NCBI GenBank assembly: GCA_035480415.1
Contig: DATIHT010000015.1
Location: 1-48,224, forward strand
Direction: 5' to 3'
DNA length: 48,224 nucleotides
DNA from: Candidatus Saccharimonadales bacterium
GTDB lineage: Bacteria; Patescibacteriota; Microgenomatia; Curtissbacterales; GWA2-41-24
In this document: positions 43,461-48,224 of the stretch, piece after piece
Position numbering within the stretch: position 1 is the first letter of the stretch
How the letters are laid out: every line of letters starts with the position of its first letter
Notes under the pieces: model-generated
The model's database searches: none
Told to the model about the DNA's origin: nothing
What the model saw: only the letters and a program-made list of their open reading frames with translations
Translations under genes and position numbers: made by a program

Positions 43461-44960
43461 TTAGGATTTTCTTCTAAAGATCATAAATCCGTTGTTTGTA
43501 TATTCTTTTTCGTAAGTATTCGTCATGGAAGCAAAAATACTACTCCTCATATGCTTTACCATGTCATCTCCCTGTTGACCTTCTGCTTCAATTTCTATGT
43601 AATCGAAGTAGCCATCTTTAACTGCGTTGACATAAGCCTCTTCTCCTTCGATCTTATGGTATGAAAACCAGTCAAATGTTGTAGTATTTGTTGGATAATT
43701 TTTGTTATATAGCGCAAGAAGAGCCGTACCACCACTCTCTGCTAATACTTTGTCTCCCGGCTGTACTACTTGATTTAAGTGAGAAAGAATATCGGAAGTA
43801 TTCGCCCAGCGCGAATTGAAACTCTGTGCCTCTTTATAAGAAAAAAACCAGTAGAAACCGATTGCCACAATCAATATGGCATAAGTAAACTTTTGCAGCG
43901 GGCTGTTTTTTAATTCTTTTAATATGTAACCCATTCCAATACCTGTAATGGGTGCGACAAAGCAAACAGTTAAAAGAATTTGTTTTTCGAACGTCCAATG
44001 TGCCCGTTGCGATACAAGGTGAGGAATCATAACCCAAACAGAACAAAGAGATAGAATTGCGAGTAAATTCCAACGCCTTCTAATTAATGCTGGCGCCCCG
44101 ATTATCCAAAAAATCCACAAATATTTTGTACTTCTCCAAAACATTTGAAAGAATATCCCATAATCTACTTTTTCCCTGTTTATACTCACTTTTGCATATG
44201 CAATTAAGCTGGTGAAATTTGCCAATGTATAAAGTGTAGTGACGATAAAAATTGGAGCAAAAAAGTAGATAAGCCAGAATTTTAAGTACTTCTTACCGTT
44301 TTTTGAAGCAACGTAAAAAGAATAGACGACGATAAGTGGCAAATAAAGGAAGATTATAATTTTTGTAAGACAGGACAGCATGATTAAGAAAGATGCATAG
44401 AAGTAACATCTTGCTACATTACAATTTTTATTTTGGGCAAGAACTAGTGGTATTAAACCCAGGAACAAGAAATAAAAACTTGGCATGTCGTAGGTTGCGA
44501 TTCGGCTAACATATAATGCTATTGTCGAGCCACCAACAAGCGCTGCTGCAATAAGACCTGATATATAATCGTATGGATGTTTTTGTTTGGATAAAATTTG
44601 TGTAAAAATGTAAATTGCTTCTGTTAAAAGTACTCCGATAATTACGTTTAAAAACCTGCTACCAATTACTCCGCCAATCATGCTTACTACTGCTGTTATA
44701 GAAGGATATATGTAAGGTAATCCGGCAAGCCAAGCTGAGGTGTTATATGACCACCAATCACCTTGAAAAATACCTAGTCTTCCTATGACGATATAGGTTG
44801 CTTCGTCGTTAAATGATGAATTGTAATTGAGGTTGTAAACCCTAGCTAAAAATGAAAATAATAAAATTACGCAAAGTAGAAAAGAATAAGGATTAACCGC
44901 AGAAAATCTTTCGCGGAAAGTGGAGTAAATATTCAAAGCCTTTAGCTTCAGTAATTCCAT
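43461..44960 (-). CDS. Polytopic GT-C glycosyltransferase (ArnT/PMT_2-like)
   Basis: The first TM is followed by NSSFNDEATYIVIGR (acidic DE loop motif of GT39/GT83-type enzymes). More than 11 TMs and a soluble C-terminal domain. ATG 44960 (the track's first codon is TTG 44963). Confidence 0.6.
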   Translation of the reverse strand: MELLKLKALNIYSTFRERFSAVNPYSFLLCVILLFSFLARVYNLNYNSSFNDEATYIVIGRLGIFQGDWWSYNTSAWLAGLPYIYPSITAVVSMIGGVIGSRFLNVIIGVLLTEAIYIFTQILSKQKHPYDYISGLIAAALVGGSTIALYVSRIATYDMPSFYFLFLGLIPLVLAQNKNCNVARCYFYASFLIMLSCLTKIIIFLYLPLIVVYSFYVASKNGKKYLKFWLIYFFAPIFIVTTLYTLANFTSLIAYAKVSINREKVDYGIFFQMFWRSTKYLWIFWIIGAPALIRRRWNLLAILSLCSVWVMIPHLVSQRAHWTFEKQILLTVCFVAPITGIGMGYILKELKNSPLQKFTYAILIVAIGFYWFFSYKEAQSFNSRWANTSDILSHLNQVVQPGDKVLAESGGTALLALYNKNYPTNTTTFDWFSYHKIEGEEAYVNAVKDGYFDYIEIEAEGQQGDDMVKHMRSSIFASMTNTYEKEYTNNGFMIFRRKS

Positions 44961-45032
44961 CAAGTCTGGGCATGAGGCGGTATCTTATCACCATTTGTAA
45001 TTACTAACAAGTATTATAGGGTTGTAATCTTA

Positions 45033-45872
45033 CTATGGTGAAAATTGTGGCGTTAATTCACTGAGGGCTTGATCTATTGTTTTGACCACTACTCCGCTCT
45101 TTTTTATCAAATTTAGCTGCATATCAAACTGCTCTGGCGTTGTTCCCCAAGTAGTTGGATTGGCTTCAATAGAATGATAATCCAGAATCAGCCAACTTTT
45201 GTCTTTTTTCGCGTGAGCAATCCAACCGCTTATGTCGGTTGTGGTTGTCGTGTTCATAACACTCATGCTGTAAAGCCTATACTGGTTCCAATTTATTTTT
45301 GTGTTGTATCCAACTTCGGCGGTTCTATGTGAACGGTAGTATTGTTTAATTAGTGCAATTACTGAATCGTTATAAGCACCGTAGGGAGTTGCAAAGTCAG
45401 TCACAGGCCTGCTAAGCAATGTTTGTAGAGATTGTTGTGACTGAGCTAATTCATATTGAACTTGACTTGTTGATAAGGTGGTTAAATCAGGGTGTGTTAC
45501 TGTATGTGCTGCTATTTCGTTACCGTTTTGGGACAACATAAGGACATTTTCGGGAAGCATATACCAATCGCCATCGAGCGCTCCTGATATTATGTAAAAT
45601 GTTCCTTTTAGATCATATTTCTTCATTATAGGCCAACCGTTTGTTAATTGAGTTTTTATGCCATCATCAAAGGTCAATGTGATAATTGGTCTTGTGAAAT
45701 CACTTGATAACTGCTTGCGGCTGGATTGAGTTTGGTTTATTGTCGGCGATGAATTTGAATCTGTTTGTATTGGAGTCAAGTTGTTTTTTTGATTATTTAC
45801 TGCATATGACGTTTTAGTCAGGAGAAACTGTAGGGAAAATATGGCACAGATGAGGGCAATTTTTCTAATCAT
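45033..45872 (-). CDS. Polysaccharide deacetylase (CE4), secreted
   Basis: Signal peptide; TLTFDDG (motif 1) and AAHTVTHPDL (motif 2). Confidence 0.8.
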   Translation of the reverse strand: MIRKIALICAIFSLQFLLTKTSYAVNNQKNNLTPIQTDSNSSPTINQTQSSRKQLSSDFTRPIITLTFDDGIKTQLTNGWPIMKKYDLKGTFYIISGALDGDWYMLPENVLMLSQNGNEIAAHTVTHPDLTTLSTSQVQYELAQSQQSLQTLLSRPVTDFATPYGAYNDSVIALIKQYYRSHRTAEVGYNTKINWNQYRLYSMSVMNTTTTTDISGWIAHAKKDKSWLILDYHSIEANPTTWGTTPEQFDMQLNLIKKSGVVVKTIDQALSELTPQFSP

Positions 45873-45945
45873 CAGGATGATCGTATTTAATTAAGCTACT
45901 AATGCCACTATATTTTTTGTGTTTGCCCCAGTCAACTATCAATCT

Positions 45946-45981
45946 ATATAAAAACAACCCACCGTTAAAAACGATAGGTTG
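45946..45981 (-). terminator. Rho-independent terminator after the 46002..46649 gene
   Basis: Minus-strand RNA reads CAACCUAUCG-UUUUUAA-CGGUGGGUUG (10-bp stem, 2 G-U pairs), followed by UUUUUAUAU. It starts 20 nt after the stop codon. Confidence 0.65.
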
Positions 45982-46001
45982 CTTTTGTTAAAATAGAACT
46001 A

Positions 46002-46649
46002 TTACTTTCCTCCCTTACCGAACTTAACGTTATTGACAGTCCAGACTGCAGACGGTTCAGATCCCGTTCGCTCTGCAACTATGAATGCATAGTTGTCATT
46101 GGCAATCTTTGCGTCAGGATTGGCCGCGACGAATGCTGACCAATTAGCGCGTGGTGTGACTCCGTTTTCGTACATCACACAATTAGGATCATTGATGATG
46201 TCTACGAGACCATTCACACCGGGGCAATGGATGCCGTCATGTGCGGCGTCTACGAACAGATAGAAGTCGGTGCTACCGTTCCCATCTGTGTCGATTGGGA
46301 TGTTGTAGCTAAGATTTCCTGCGGAAGGAACGATCGTCCCACTGTATTGGTATGAGAGTTGGGTGAGACTGGTCACCGACGTACTGTATAGTTTACTCTC
46401 GAGTGTGTATACGCCCGCATAGTCTCCATTTGGATTGCTGCTATTTAGGGCAAGCGTTGCCGTGCCCTTTGCACCTTTGGAGTTCAATGTGCATGTCCCA
46501 CCAAATCCGCCATCTGTCGTACCGTCGAAACATTGGATTTTGTTCTGACCAGGAGCCGTAGATACAGGCGCTGCAAAAGTTGAAGCTGTCATGCTTGCAA
46601 GAATAAGCGCACTTGCCGCTGTTCCTGCTAAAATTTTCTTGATTTTCAT
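46002..46649 (-). CDS. Secreted Cys-containing hypothetical protein with a DxDxNG calcium-loop-like motif; compositionally atypical
   Basis: Signal peptide ...TASTFA/AP. IDTDGNGSTDF loop. GAGGGGG SD 8 nt upstream. Three hand-counted 60-nt lines gave 29, 26 and 34 G+C (about 49%), against 16-23 per 60 in flanking lines. Confidence 0.7.
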   Translation of the reverse strand: MKIKKILAGTAASALILASMTASTFAAPVSTAPGQNKIQCFDGTTDGGFGGTCTLNSKGAKGTATLALNSSNPNGDYAGVYTLESKLYSTSVTSLTQLSYQYSGTIVPSAGNLSYNIPIDTDGNGSTDFYLFVDAAHDGIHCPGVNGLVDIINDPNCVMYENGVTPRANWSAFVAANPDAKIANDNYAFIVAERTGSEPSAVWTVNNVKFGKGGK

Positions 46650-46696
46650 TATTTTTCACCCCCTCATCTTAAAGAAAAAATAGTATTTATTGTTCT

Positions 46697-46739
46697 TTGT
46701 TGAAAAATGGCTTTTGAGGCCTGAAACATTTTTCAACAA
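46697..46739. repeat. Perfect 13-bp inverted repeat (ttgttgaaaaatg / catttttcaacaa) with a 17-nt loop
   Basis: Read directly in the galE-to-46649 intergenic region. No adjacent U-tract on either strand. Confidence 0.85.
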
Positions 46740-46791
46740 TAACTCTTCCATGCATGAATCAACTAGAATTTATGTAAGAAGAATGTAAGGG

Positions 46792-47715
46792 TCAGTGTTT
46801 CTGATTTGAACTTTTATAGTAACTAATTGTTCGTTTGAGTCCTTCTTTTAAATCTATCTTTGCCTTCCAGCCCACTGCTTTGTTGAGTTTTTCACTAGAT
46901 GCGTAATTTGCCGCAACGTCGCCAGGTCTTTGCCCGAGATCGTCGATTGGCACCTCGTAGCCGACAATATCAAAAATTGTTTTAATCACGTCTTTAACTT
47001 TGACCCCTTGTTCCATGCCCAGATTGAAAATATTGAAACCGTTTTGTCCTAATACGTCTATATGAGCCTGAGCTAAATCCTCGATGTAAATAAAATCCCG
47101 GGTTTGTTCTCCCTTCCAATAAAGTGGTATCGGTTTTTTGGCGAGCGTTGATGTTATGAAGTTGGGGATGGCGTGGGTCACCGGAGGGTAGAGTTTGCCT
47201 GGTCCGTACGGGTTAAAGTAGCGCAAAATAGTAACGTCCATCCCGTAGCAAGCATGAAATGATTGTAGGAATGCTTCAATTGCTGCTTTGGTTGCACCAT
47301 ATGGATTGTCCGGCCTTAGTGGTGCGTCCTCTTTAATTGGTAGCTTGTCCGGGGTTCCATATACACATGCCGAGGATGAAAAAATAATTTTATTTACTTT
47401 TGCTTCTCTCATAAAGTTTAAAAACTTTACTGTTCCAAGTACGTTATTTTCGCAATATTTTTCTGGGTTTTTTACAGACTCTGGAACGACAATTAGGCCG
47501 GCCATATGAATAACTGCATCCTGACCTTGTAGCGCTTCTTTTGCCTCTTTTTCATTGGAAATATCCCCCTCTACGAGTTTTGCTCTTTTGTCTACATTTT
47601 CTTTGTACCCATGGGAAAAATTGTCGATAACTGTAACTTCGTGTCCTGCGTCCAGAAGCATACGGACCACATGACTACCAATAAATCCGGCACCACCGGT
47701 TACCAAAACTTTCAT
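46792..47715 (-). CDS. galE: UDP-glucose 4-epimerase
   Basis: MKVLVTGGAGFIGSHVVRMLLDAGHEVTVIDNFSHG and NPYGATK (YxxxK). 307 aa. Confidence 0.8.
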   Translation of the reverse strand: MKVLVTGGAGFIGSHVVRMLLDAGHEVTVIDNFSHGYKENVDKRAKLVEGDISNEKEAKEALQGQDAVIHMAGLIVVPESVKNPEKYCENNVLGTVKFLNFMREAKVNKIIFSSSACVYGTPDKLPIKEDAPLRPDNPYGATKAAIEAFLQSFHACYGMDVTILRYFNPYGPGKLYPPVTHAIPNFITSTLAKKPIPLYWKGEQTRDFIYIEDLAQAHIDVLGQNGFNIFNLGMEQGVKVKDVIKTIFDIVGYEVPIDDLGQRPGDVAANYASSEKLNKAVGWKAKIDLKEGLKRTISYYKSSNQKH

Positions 47716-47739
47716 GAGATTATTTTATCAGGTTGTTAA

Positions 47740-48141
47740 CTATTGTGTTTCTACATGAGGAAGCTCGACTGTCCTTGCAAATAATCCTTTTTTAATATTT
47801 AGACCCCTATTTTGAATAGACTCTGCAATTACTTGAGCTTGTCCCTGAAATGCGCCATACGCGCTTATTGCAACAGCAGACAACAGCGCGTCAAAAGTAT
47901 TGGCACCGATAAGACCAATTTTTATTGCATCACTCGAAGGAAGTTTAATTTCACCTGTTACCACTCCAGCTACACTACCTACCATAATTGCTGCAGTAGT
48001 AGTCAAAAGACCAGTGGCAACGTTTCTATTCTCGTCCCAGTAGTGTATCCAGCGTCCCAGTTGTTCCGGAGTCGCTTGCTCGATAGGAGTTACATCGTTT
48101 CTAAAGGTTATTCCGAATATTCCTTTTCTTTCTTGATACAT
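47740..48141 (-). CDS. Small hypothetical protein with two hydrophobic segments
   Basis: 133-aa ORF in the same orientation as its neighbours. GLLTTTAAIMVGSVAGVVTG and IGLIGANTFDALLSAVAISAYGAF are hydrophobic stretches. No family recognised. Confidence 0.5.
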   Translation of the reverse strand: MYQERKGIFGITFRNDVTPIEQATPEQLGRWIHYWDENRNVATGLLTTTAAIMVGSVAGVVTGEIKLPSSDAIKIGLIGANTFDALLSAVAISAYGAFQGQAQVIAESIQNRGLNIKKGLFARTVELPHVETQ

Positions 48142-48224
48142 TTAGACAAAAATAACAATTTAATTCGAAAAATGCAAATTCTAGTCGAATTTTGATTTCT
48201 CGTATTTAGGGAGAACTATATTTT

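Noticed and set aside
46697-46739. 13-bp perfect inverted repeat as the galE terminator
   Set aside because: There is no U-tract directly after the stem on the minus strand (or on the plus strand), and the 17-nt loop is large. I keep it as an unexplained repeat or possible operator rather than calling it a terminator.
48162-48191. 7-bp inverted repeat aattcga-N16-tcgaatt upstream of the last gene
   Set aside because: It is short and AT-rich, so it is expected by chance at this length in such sequence. The upstream context is truncated by the window edge, so no promoter or operator claim can be supported.
1-48224. Alternative genetic code (UGA recoding as in some CPR lineages)
   Set aside because: TGA serves as a genuine stop in several ATGA and GTGA stop-start overlaps (for example 4455-4458, 10233-10236, 27459-27462, 29403-29406). 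Protein lengths match family expectations under the standard code.
1-48224. Defence systems, toxin-antitoxin pairs, prophage or transposon content
   Set aside because: No nuclease, ATPase, methylase, integrase, transposase or small paired-gene signatures were recognisable. Every sizeable ORF is accounted for by envelope, glycan or surface functions, or by hypothetical secreted or membrane proteins.

Overview
This 48.2-kb window is AT-rich. Hand counts of single 60-nt lines mostly give 27-38% GC. It is almost entirely coding: 43 genes, 40 of them on the minus strand, many joined by ATGA, TAATG or GTGA stop-start overlaps. I found no rRNA, tRNA, CRISPR array, transposase, integrase or recognisable defence gene. 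All calls come from reading motifs by eye; no BLAST or HMM searches were possible.

The content is a cell-envelope glycan and surface-protein region with three parts.

(1) 1-33550 is a glycosylation region. It holds nine large polytopic GT-C-like membrane proteins: two YfhO paralogs, two PTPS-related paralogs, ArnT/PMT-like, TMTC-like and DUF2029-like proteins. It also holds three polyprenyl-phosphate-sugar synthase-type GT2 enzymes (one fused to a GtrA domain), further GT2/GT4 enzymes, a methyltransferase and a Wzx-like flippase. A nucleotide-sugar block follows (gmd, rmd-like, ugd, rfbA, rfbB, rfbD-like, a second dehydrogenase/epimerase pair). An oddly placed pyrB and three opposite-strand genes are also present.

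(2) 33564-40168 is a sortase island. It holds two sortases, an LPGTG-anchored SdrD-B/DUF11 adhesin, an FN3-like Thr-rich protein and a Ser/Pro-rich protein with an LGATG tail. It also holds a glutamic (G1/eqolisin) peptidase and a helical secreted protein.

(3) 40296-45872 is a PNAG/chitin-like exopolysaccharide module. It holds a processive GT2 synthase, two CE4 deacetylases, a GH18 hydrolase and a GT-C protein. A GC-anomalous secreted-protein cassette, galE and a small hypothetical gene follow it.

The signals not explained by ordinary annotation are:
- a conserved ~90-nt leader present twice, 16 kb apart, each directly upstream of a sugar SDR gene. It consists of a mini-ORF that spells a Rossmann N-terminus (..LVTGGAGF-stop), a 20-bp hairpin and a GGAG;
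- a perfect heptanucleotide repeat (GTAGGTA x4.6) inside a GT-C gene, a candidate slipped-strand switch;
- an uncharacterised Cys/His module shared by two surface proteins;
- two sortase/substrate sets with different sorting motifs.

The organism is probably a monoderm with a reduced genome, possibly Patescibacteria/CPR-like. That is inference only.
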